DNA from: a virus
Length of the DNA stretch: 64,000 bases
Reading direction: 5' to 3' (one strand)
Virus record (IMG/VR): IMGVR_UViG_3300030450_002944
Span: 1 to 64,000 of that record
Part shown: one piece after another, positions 20,916 to 27,500 of the stretch
Layout: every line of letters starts with the position of its first letter
Numbering within the stretch: the first letter of the stretch is position 1
The notes under the pieces: model-generated
What the model saw: only the letters and a program-made list of their open reading frames with translations
Told to the model about the DNA's origin: nothing
Databases searched by the model: none
Position numbers and translations under genes: made by a program

Positions 20916-21404
20916 ATGGCTAAAACTAAGTTAAGAAAGCGAAAGCAATCTAATGGTACTTATAACCTAGAATATGACCCAATTCCAATGGATAGGGTAC
21001 GAAAACAGGGAATTGAGTACATAAAAGCAACAGAATTGGTTAATGGAACTATCTTTGAGGGTAGGAAGATACCAAGTAGAATAGTATGCTTTTATAATAT
21101 AAAAGACCAAGAGATATCTTGGAAGTATAATGAGGGGAAAGCAGAGGAAGTATGTAATGGGAATACAGACTATTGTTATCTAGTTAGAGATGATATGTTC
21201 TGTCCTAATGGATACTATCTATGTCTACCTCATAATCATATAGTGGATTGGAGAGTATCAGGATTGGATTATCACTTTCTCTCCCCACAGGAATTTGAAG
21301 AAGATGAGAAAATGACTATGGAAGAATATGGGAAAATACAGGAAAAAGACCATATTACTTCGTATGAGAATATGAAAGATAAATTTGATTATTTAAGTAA
21401 ATAA
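20916..21404 (+). CDS. early hypothetical protein
   Basis: 162-aa ORF with its own promoter and terminator. Confidence 0.65.
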   Translation: MAKTKLRKRKQSNGTYNLEYDPIPMDRVRKQGIEYIKATELVNGTIFEGRKIPSRIVCFYNIKDQEISWKYNEGKAEEVCNGNTDYCYLVRDDMFCPNGYYLCLPHNHIVDWRVSGLDYHFLSPQEFEEDEKMTMEEYGKIQEKDHITSYENMKDKFDYLSK

Positions 21405-21416
21405 CTTACCTTTTAT

Positions 21417-21452
21417 AAGGGGATAGGTTTTATGGTTTTTCCCTATCCCCTT
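21417..21452 (+). terminator. hairpin abutting the next -35 box
   Basis: AAGGGGATAGG...CCTATCCCCTT. Confidence 0.65.
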
Positions 21453-21489
21453 GACTTAGGTATAGCGAATATGTTATAATAATATTATA

Positions 21490-21593
21490 GGGTATTTAAG
21501 TATGCGAGGGTTGTCAGGGAAATTAGTAGTGAATGAACTGACCACAGAATGTGTTAATCCAACTACCCATACTTAACCACCCCCCCTTTTTTT
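21490..21593 (+). ncRNA. candidate structured RNA 3 (about 100 nt, standalone)
   Basis: Follows promoter 21451 with no ORF; TTAAGTATG/CATACTTAA stem, GTCAG/CTGAC and CAC/GTG hairpins, then a T-run. Confidence 0.6.
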
Positions 21594-21755
21594 CCTAAAG
21601 GAGTTATATGATATATCAGCAGCCACCACCACAGGAGAGGAAATAGGTATATATAAGGAATGGAAAAGGAGAGGAAATGGAGAAGGAAAGGGGTGGGAAA
21701 TGGAAAGGAAGGAAGGGGTCAAATGTCGCATAACTCCCCATGTGGTAGGGGGTAC

Positions 21756-22235
21756 TTAAAAGCACTCCCCTGATTGTTGCAATTCAAATATACTAGGTCC
21801 ACGATCTCTATGACGTATTAAGCTCTTATAGGCTTCTTGCAATCCCCATTCATAATAGAACGATTGACCAAATGACCTTTTGCACCACACAGTTAAACCT
21901 AGCATATCGTCAATTATAATTTCTCCCACTTCTCCGAGCCAATGTGCCAAATGATCAGAGATAAGAAAATATTGCATTACTTCTCCCTGTTTCCATTCAA
22001 TAAGTGCTTCTTTAAACTCTGGCTCTTCCATGTCTGGTAGGTTTTCAGGGTCATATCCCTGTCTAAAATCTTCTATATCTTCTGATGTTATAGCGTTTTC
22101 GGTTGCTATATATAAACTCTCGTAACTGTCGTCTTGCTCAAAGAACCTTTCGGCTACTTCGTTTACAAGATATAGTACGTTCTTATCACACCATTTCTTA
22201 AAGTCTTTATCTTCTGCTAATTTGTCGCTATTCAC
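21756..22235 (-). CDS. conserved phage early protein
   Basis: EVMQYFLISDHLAHWL...GE...GLTVW...GQ family pattern; two tandem promoters upstream. Confidence 0.7.
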   Translation of the reverse strand: MNSDKLAEDKDFKKWCDKNVLYLVNEVAERFFEQDDSYESLYIATENAITSEDIEDFRQGYDPENLPDMEEPEFKEALIEWKQGEVMQYFLISDHLAHWLGEVGEIIIDDMLGLTVWCKRSFGQSFYYEWGLQEAYKSLIRHRDRGPSIFELQQSGECF

Positions 22236-22498
22236 TTTTTACTCCTTTATTAGTTTTTACTTATATATCAATAATAGCATATATAGGGGGGGTAGGTCAA
22301 CCCCTGATATATCCTATAACTCCACCTACTATTATTATATCATATAGGGAAGGGGTCTGTCAAGGGAAAAGGGAAGGAAGGGAAAAGGGAAGGAAGGGGA
22401 TAGGGGGACTGGAGTTATGCGATTATGGGTAGTGGCTCAAAGAGAGAGCCACCACACAATTACGCCAACCACTATTAAGATTTCCAATCAATCCCCTT

Positions 22499-22753
22499 TT
22501 ACCACATAGAGTCAAATGCTTTAACCATGTTAGCCTGTACTTCATACCTAGATGCGTCTACCTGAACGTCTTGACCATCAATTATTACATAATCAATATC
22601 ATGAGCATAGATACTACCAATTTCTGTAGCATAGCCATACACTTTAGCCATTCTGATATTACCTTTTTTGTTGTCCATCATCTCAAACTTCCAACCATTT
22701 TTTTGGTATCCGACTGTCCCTTTTTTTATGTCATTAGGTTCAATAGTTTTCAT
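22499..22753 (-). CDS. conserved small phage early protein
   Basis: NDIKKG...MMDNKKGNIR...EIGSIYAHDI motif. Confidence 0.7.
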   Translation of the reverse strand: MKTIEPNDIKKGTVGYQKNGWKFEMMDNKKGNIRMAKVYGYATEIGSIYAHDIDYVIIDGQDVQVDASRYEVQANMVKAFDSMW

Positions 22754-22808
22754 AGTTCCTTTTTGCTAGTTTTTTCTTTATGTAATAAGTATATCATATT
22801 TGATCACT

Positions 22809-22973
22809 CTATGTCAACTCAATGTTTACAATTTCTTTGTCTGTTAATTTAATATTGTGTTGCTCATAAAAGTTATCTTTTACATTTTGGATAAATTCTT
22901 TTTTGGTTTCTCCATAATTATTTATCGCAAATGATAATTCTATTTCACAGAACCATTCTTTTTCTTCACTCAT
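22809..22973 (-). CDS. small hypothetical protein (54 aa, not in ORF track)
   Basis: AAGGAG SD and own promoter; MSEEKEWFCEIELSF... Confidence 0.6.
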   Translation of the reverse strand: MSEEKEWFCEIELSFAINNYGETKKEFIQNVKDNFYEQHNIKLTDKEIVNIELT

Positions 22974-23054
22974 TTTCGTACTCCTTTATTTAAGTATAGC
23001 ATATTTGATCATTCTATGTCAATAGGGATATATCATATAACTCCAAAAAAAATA

Positions 23055-23371
23055 AATTTAACTAAGCGTGGCGAAGGTGTCAGATTGAATGAAACTCACT
23101 TTCAAACTTAGACTTACGATATCATGATATGATCGTGCTACATCAGGCTACAACTTCGGCTTTCTATCCTAGGCTAGTGGCGGAAGTGATACATCTGGCT
23201 CAACGTCAGGGAACAGAGGGATCTGCAAGATACTCTATTTCTATTCGTTTATCTGAACTTGTACTAAAAGTTCGTTAACAATTAAGTACAACTGATAGTT
23301 TGACAATAACCTTCAAAAGTTTCTGTACAGGTTGCGAACCTATGAGCCTACTTAACCACGCTTATTAAATT
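23055..23371 (-). ncRNA. candidate structured RNA 4 (about 315 nt)
   Basis: No ORF; 16-bp closing stem 23055-23071/23356-23371; long-range GGCTCA/TGAGCC; several hairpins; U-run after the stem on the minus strand. Confidence 0.7.
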
Positions 23372-23376
23372 GTTAA

Positions 23377-23485
23377 ACAAGATTGATGATCGGTTGTTAT
23401 AGACCGAATTTAATCTGTCCACATTCCCTACTTCGTTGTATTGGTAAAATGTTATTCACATTCATCGTTACTTCCTCAACCTTGT
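23377..23485 (-). ncRNA. candidate structured RNA 5 (about 110 nt), co-transcribed upstream of RNA 4
   Basis: Starts at the predicted TSS; ACAAGGUUGA/UCAAUCUUGU stem includes a G-U pair valid only on the minus strand. Confidence 0.65.
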
Positions 23486-23616
23486 AATATAAGTATAGCA
23501 TATTAAAGAGTGGTAATGCAATACCTTGATATATCATATAACTCCTCTTAAAAAAAGAGGGCAGGTGGGGGAAGGGGAAAAATGAAAAAACCCCAAACCC
23601 CTCTTGTACCTACCTA

Positions 23617-23853
23617 TTACATTTCCTCAGCCATTGCCCAAAGGATAGGCTCAACTTCACTAGATATCTGTAAATGGAAGTCGCAACACTTTAACCTGTC
23701 GTTCATTTGATCTTTGGAAAAGATTAGAATATCCTTTATGGAAAAGGCTTTCCTATCTTTACAATCAAACCATTGTCGCCAATACCCTTTATCAGAGTCC
23801 ACTTCATAGTGAACATTCTCGTTTCTATATTTAAAAGTTCCTTTAGCTTTCAT
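23617..23853 (-). CDS. early hypothetical protein
   Basis: SD and downstream G/C hairpin terminator (23551-23612). Confidence 0.6.
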   Translation of the reverse strand: MKAKGTFKYRNENVHYEVDSDKGYWRQWFDCKDRKAFSIKDILIFSKDQMNDRLKCCDFHLQISSEVEPILWAMAEEM

Positions 23854-23854
23854 C

Positions 23855-24046
23855 TTAACCTCTATTCATTTCTATATATTTTTCATTTAGTTCTGTTCTT
23901 ATTACATCGCAATCATCAGAACACACAACATTATTTCCATAACATTCTGTATGATCTTTTTGATAGTTTTTCCACTCTAAAATTTCATCATCTGTTAGAG
24001 TGAAAGACTTAGGGTGTTTATGTGAGTTGCTAATCCAAGATATCAT
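23855..24046 (-). CDS. early hypothetical protein
   Basis: Promoter 24076-24105 and AAGGA SD. Confidence 0.6.
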   Translation of the reverse strand: MISWISNSHKHPKSFTLTDDEILEWKNYQKDHTECYGNNVVCSDDCDVIRTELNEKYIEMNRG

Positions 24047-24092
24047 TTTATTCCTTTACTTGTTTCTATACTTATATTATAGCATATTTAAT

Positions 24093-24191
24093 GTAGGCTT
24101 GTCAAGTGTGTCTTGTTTAGATTTACATATAACGACTTGCAAGAGCTTTCAGGATCAGGGAATACTTACTCAACCCCACTTGACTACCTAC
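24093..24191 (-). ncRNA. candidate structured RNA 6 (about 100 nt)
   Basis: Starts at the predicted TSS of promoter 24199-24228; GUAGG-UA-GUCAAGUG pairs with CACUUGAC-AAG-CCUAC; no ORF. Confidence 0.55.
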
Positions 24192-24250
24192 TAAGTATAT
24201 AATAACATATATGAAGTAGTGAAGTCAATACTGGATATATCATATAACTC

Positions 24251-24309
24251 CCATAAAGAATGTGTCCCATAAAGAATGTGTCCAGTAAAGAATGTGTCCA
24301 GTAAAGAAT
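24251..24309. repeat. 16-bp tandem repeat x3.7 (C(CA/AG)TAAAGAATGTGTC), iteron-like
   Basis: Units start at 24251, 24267, 24283 and 24299. Confidence 0.9.
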
Positions 24310-24379
24310 ACGAGGATTTTTTTCACAAAAAACTTTTCTCCCAAGTCAATGGGCTAGGTGGGCTAGATTTTTAAATCCT

Positions 24380-24517
24380 CTATTGGATGTCGTCTGAAAT
24401 CTTCAGATCAGGAGAGAGGTCATTCCAGTTAAGGATTTCCTCTACTTCTTTATCGGCAGACTCATCATTCCTACCGACACTCATTAGGATTTCATCTATT
24501 AGTTCTCTTAGAGTCAT
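24380..24517 (-). CDS. small acidic protein (45 aa, not in ORF track)
   Basis: GGAGGT SD; MTLRELIDEILMSVGRND... Confidence 0.6.
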   Translation of the reverse strand: MTLRELIDEILMSVGRNDESADKEVEEILNWNDLSPDLKISDDIQ

Positions 24518-24631
24518 AATAGACCTCCACTTTTTTTGGTTTTGTTTTATCGACCTAATATAAGTATAACATATATTCTTTTTACGTCAAACCCCTACCC
24601 CCCATTGATATATCATATAACTCCAAAAAAT

Positions 24632-24672
24632 GAGAGTATAGAAAGAAAAAATGTAAAACTTCCTATACTCTC
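24632..24672 (-). terminator. terminator abutting an 18-bp box
   Basis: GAGAGTATAG...CTATACTCTC with a minus-strand U-run. Confidence 0.7.
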
Positions 24673-24738
24673 TTAATTGTTAATGTTCTTCACATTTAGG
24701 GCAAATAATAGTTGAGCCATTTCTTATACAATCGCAAC

Positions 24739-24966
24739 TCATAAGGGTAATTTTCCAGACTCTTTTTTCTGTTCCCACGTTGCCGACTCTATAGCACCTC
24801 TGAAAATCTGTTCATTAAAGTTTGGGTTATCATCTGCAAATATTTTGCATAATTCTTGGTATAGTATATCAGGGTCTATATATTGAAAACTGCTTGTCGC
24901 AGAGTCAATAAATTTTATACTGTTTTTCCACACGTCCACAAATTTTATGTAATCTTTTTTAGTCAT
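24739..24966 (-). CDS. conserved small phage early protein
   Basis: MTKKDYIK...F.DDNPNF...F family pattern. Confidence 0.7.
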   Translation of the reverse strand: MTKKDYIKFVDVWKNSIKFIDSATSSFQYIDPDILYQELCKIFADDNPNFNEQIFRGAIESATWEQKKESGKLPL

Positions 24967-25069
24967 CTTTTTTTCCTTTTTATTAGTTGATACATTAAGT
25001 ATAGCACATTAAAGATTATTAATGCAATACCCCCACCCCTATTGATATATCCTATAACTCCAGTTGAAA

Positions 25070-25375
25070 TTAAATGAAATCAACTGAATTAGGTTCTTGT
25101 CTAGTTATTAGAACTGAATCTTGTTCAAATTTAGTTTTATATTTTAGGGCAACTTTATTAACCACGTTGATATAATTAATATTATTTTTTTCATGAAGGA
25201 TAGATACAACTTTAGTTTTCTCTTTAGTTCCCTTCCAATAACCTGTAATTTCTGATACTGAAAAACCTTCAACTTCATTAGCAAGTTCAGTATCTAGAAA
25301 ACTATTAAATTGTTTATCTGATACAACTGACTTATTTTTTATATCAGTTCCAAAATATATTAATGTGTTTATCAT
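25070..25375 (-). CDS. DUF3574-like protein, candidate SAM lyase (T3 SAMase-like fold)
   Basis: YFG...VSDKQF..FLD...GFSV....GYWKG..EKTKV...YK..FEQDSVL. Confidence 0.6.
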   Translation of the reverse strand: MINTLIYFGTDIKNKSVVSDKQFNSFLDTELANEVEGFSVSEITGYWKGTKEKTKVVSILHEKNNINYINVVNKVALKYKTKFEQDSVLITRQEPNSVDFI

Positions 25376-25379
25376 TTTA

Positions 25380-25559
25380 TTACCATACCTTCCGTTCTAG
25401 AGTTTGCTTTATTCTTAGTTCATTAATCTTAGCTTTAGTTAATGGTTTAGGTTTAGATCCATTGCCCTTAACAACTGTTATACATTTTCCATTTTTTCCA
25501 ATGGGTACAATCAGTCTTGACTTACTTCTTTTAACTTGTCTTTTACTTGGTATATTCAT
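25380..25559 (-). CDS. small basic protein (59 aa, not in ORF track)
   Basis: MNIPSKRQVKRSKSRL...; follows promoter 25592-25621 and an SD. Confidence 0.55.
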   Translation of the reverse strand: MNIPSKRQVKRSKSRLIVPIGKNGKCITVVKGNGSKPKPLTKAKINELRIKQTLERKVW

Positions 25560-25683
25560 TTTTTTAATCCTTCTTTTTAGTTACTATAATTATTCTATCA
25601 TTTTATTTACTACCATGTCAACCCCTGATATATCATATAACTCCCCCGAAAAATAATAAAAATCGGGGGGAGAGAGTAATTAA

Positions 25684-25911
25684 TTAATCGTCAATGTTTG
25701 GTTGTTCCATTCTTGCGATATGGTTATCCACAATGTACCCTGAATATATTTCATCAGAGAGAATGAAAATCTGTTTCCAGAATAACCCTGATTGAGTATC
25801 AAGAAAATCTTCATCTTCTTTAACACCTGATTTAATAATCGCTAATGCTAAATCGTTGTATCCCTGTGCTATTGCTTGTTCTTTATCTAATCCATTATAA
25901 TCTGTAGCCAT
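25684..25911 (-). CDS. early hypothetical protein
   Basis: Own promoter, AAGGAG SD and terminator 25641-25672. Confidence 0.65.
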   Translation of the reverse strand: MATDYNGLDKEQAIAQGYNDLALAIIKSGVKEDEDFLDTQSGLFWKQIFILSDEIYSGYIVDNHIARMEQPNIDD

Positions 25912-26019
25912 TTTTTAAATCTCCTTTGATTTAATTTATTTATTTATTTAACCTATAATTATTGTCTCATGGATTTGATTTTTTTACAACCCCCATGATA
26001 TATCCTATAACTCCTCTGC

Positions 26020-26244
26020 TTATTCGTACACCTCCCCTAATAAGTCGCCGTCTGCTTCTTGAGGTGTATCAAAATCTACAACCTCATAATTTTCTATGGC
26101 GTGTTTCTGTACTGTAGGTATGCCCTGATCCTCGCAAGCCTGCAACCTTTTTAAAGGCGTTTTGTAGCCGTCATCATCTGCCTGATACGCAGACTCCCAG
26201 TCCCAGTTCTCAGCCCAAAATTTTAAGTTCTCTAAGTTATCCAT
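26020..26244 (-). CDS. small acidic early protein
   Basis: Own promoter and AAGGAG SD. Confidence 0.65.
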   Translation of the reverse strand: MDNLENLKFWAENWDWESAYQADDDGYKTPLKRLQACEDQGIPTVQKHAIENYEVVDFDTPQEADGDLLGEVYE

Positions 26245-26380
26245 TTTTTCTCCTTAACTAAATTTAACTATACCTATAGTATATCACATATTCAAAACTT
26301 GTCAACCCTGTGCCACTCGGCTCAACTAGGGATATATCACATAACTCCACTTCAGCCGAAAAAAAACTGAAGTGAGTATA

Positions 26381-26524
26381 TTAATCGTTCTGAAAATATT
26401 CAATCATAAGTTTAAAGTGTTCCCTATCTAGTTTTTCAACTGGGACATGTTGCAATAATTCCATTAACATATTAACAATAGTATTTAATTTTATATCTAT
26501 TCGTTCTAAGTCTAATTTATCCAT
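26381..26524 (-). CDS. small helical protein (47 aa, not in ORF track)
   Basis: AAGGAG SD; MDKLDLERIDIKLNTIVNML... Confidence 0.6.
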   Translation of the reverse strand: MDKLDLERIDIKLNTIVNMLMELLQHVPVEKLDREHFKLMIEYFQND

Positions 26525-26623
26525 TTTATTATTTCTCCTTTAGTTGTTTATTGTTTTAATTTAATTTTTTATTTATTTTTTATTTCTCCCTTCTACTTAA
26601 TATTACGTGTAATAAAGGGTAAA

Positions 26624-26656
26624 AAACGTCAGAGAAACATCAGAAAAACGTCAGAG
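26624..26656 (-). promoter_or_regulatory. three 11-bp direct repeats (AAACRTCAGAR) in place of a -35 box
   Basis: AAACGTCAGAG-AAACATCAGAA-AAACGTCAGAG upstream of 26381..26524. Confidence 0.6.
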
Positions 26657-26716
26657 TTTTTTATATTCAAAAAACAAACTGAAGTAAGTATATTAAGATT
26701 ATGTATAATAAAATTT

Positions 26717-26947
26717 TCATTTTAAATCTCCTATAATAATTTGAAAATCCATATTCCCAGAGTTCTCATCACCTCCCACAATAGTGATGAAATCCTTTTG
26801 AGAAGGATCATCAATATCAAAATAGTGTGACTCCACCCAGTAGCAGTAACCACACATAACCACTTCATCACCATCTACATCAACCACCAATCCCCAAGAT
26901 GCTATTTGGTTTATTATTAAGTTGCAGAAGTTACATTCTTTATTCAT
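26717..26947 (-). CDS. small zinc-finger protein
   Basis: CNFC...CGYC; AAGGAG SD. Confidence 0.6.
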   Translation of the reverse strand: MNKECNFCNLIINQIASWGLVVDVDGDEVVMCGYCYWVESHYFDIDDPSQKDFITIVGGDENSGNMDFQIIIGDLK

Positions 26948-27124
26948 TTTTTTAAATCTCCTTTATTTGTTTTTTGGGCATAGTATCCCGTATTTATAAT
27001 ATTAGCACATTTGGGGTCAAAAGGAGTTATATGATATATCCCGTACCACTCCCATTTATTTACCTCAGCCGTAAACGAACTGGAGTAAATAAATTAAAAT
27101 GATATATAATAAAATTTTCATCAG

Positions 27125-27325
27125 TTACGCCTTTCTATCTACAATTGTTGCTGAATATTTTCTACTCATTAAAAATAATTTAGAACCATTAGGGCTAGTT
27201 ATTTCCAAATCTCCAAAATCATCATAATCATCTTTATCAACTGACTTTTCTATCGCTTCTTTTTTTGATTTAGCCACAACCGTTTTGTAAGCAATCTGGG
27301 TTTCTTTGATTAAGTATTCTTTCAT
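27125..27325 (-). CDS. small early protein
   Basis: V.AKSKKEAIEK motif; own promoter. Confidence 0.65.
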   Translation of the reverse strand: MKEYLIKETQIAYKTVVAKSKKEAIEKSVDKDDYDDFGDLEITSPNGSKLFLMSRKYSATIVDRKA

Positions 27326-27430
27326 TTTTTTCTCCTTTTGTTATTTAACCTTATATAGATATTTTACAATACCACCCCCCTTATTGCAACCCCTTTGGAG
27401 TTATATGATATATCCTTTGTATTTTTATTA

Positions 27431-27459
27431 TTTACAATGTGGCTTACATGTAATAGAAT
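27431..27459 (+). promoter_or_regulatory. rightward promoter TTTACA-N17-TAGAAT, 16 bp downstream of an 18-bp box
   Basis: Read directly from the sequence. Confidence 0.6.
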
Positions 27460-27500
27460 AATATTAGATTAAATAAATAAGTAAACCGAAAGGCGAAAAA

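Larger units (their letters stand above)
8164..21480 (+). promoter_or_regulatory. array of about 15 strong sigma70-type early promoters, consensus GGGTA-TTGACW-N18-TATAAT with an extended -10 (TATGn)
   Basis: -35 starts at 8164, 8233, 10543, 11310, 12451, 13154, 13775, 14793, 15933, 16995, 17559, 19529, 20164, 20806 and 21451; each has an 18-bp spacer. Confidence 0.9.
22271..27389 (-). promoter_or_regulatory. array of leftward sigma70-type early promoters
   Basis: -35 boxes end (+ coordinates) at 22300, 22363, 22817, 23022, 23521, 24105, 24228, 24590, 25027, 25621, 25989, 26305 and 27389; mostly 18-bp spacers with TGn -10. Confidence 0.85.
21600..27414. repeat. dispersed 18-bp box GATATATC(A/C)(T/C)ATAACTCC, 12 full copies
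   Basis: As written at 22306, 23027, 23528, 24234, 24607, 25044, 25627, 25997 and 26331; inverted at 21600, 27023 and 27397; variants TCGCATAACTCC at 21726 and its complement at 22411. Confidence 0.95.

Noticed and set aside
23055-23371. tmRNA, RNase P RNA or tRNA
   Set aside because: No tRNA-like acceptor ends, no GAGGAAAGUC P4 signature and no cloverleaf found by eye.
24093-24191. Y RNA, suggested by CACUUGAC near the 3' end
   Set aside because: The bulged-C GGUCCGA Ro-binding helix is missing, and TTGACA is explained by the overlapping promoter.
21600-27414. CRISPR array interpretation of the 18-bp repeats
   Set aside because: Intervals are about 330-720 bp, contain promoters and genes, orientation is mixed, and no cas genes are present.
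21600-27414. dif, loxP or attC identity of the 18-bp box
   Set aside because: Only fragments (ATAACT, CGCATAA) resemble them; there is no 11-6-11 or 13-8-13 arm structure and no recombinase in the window.
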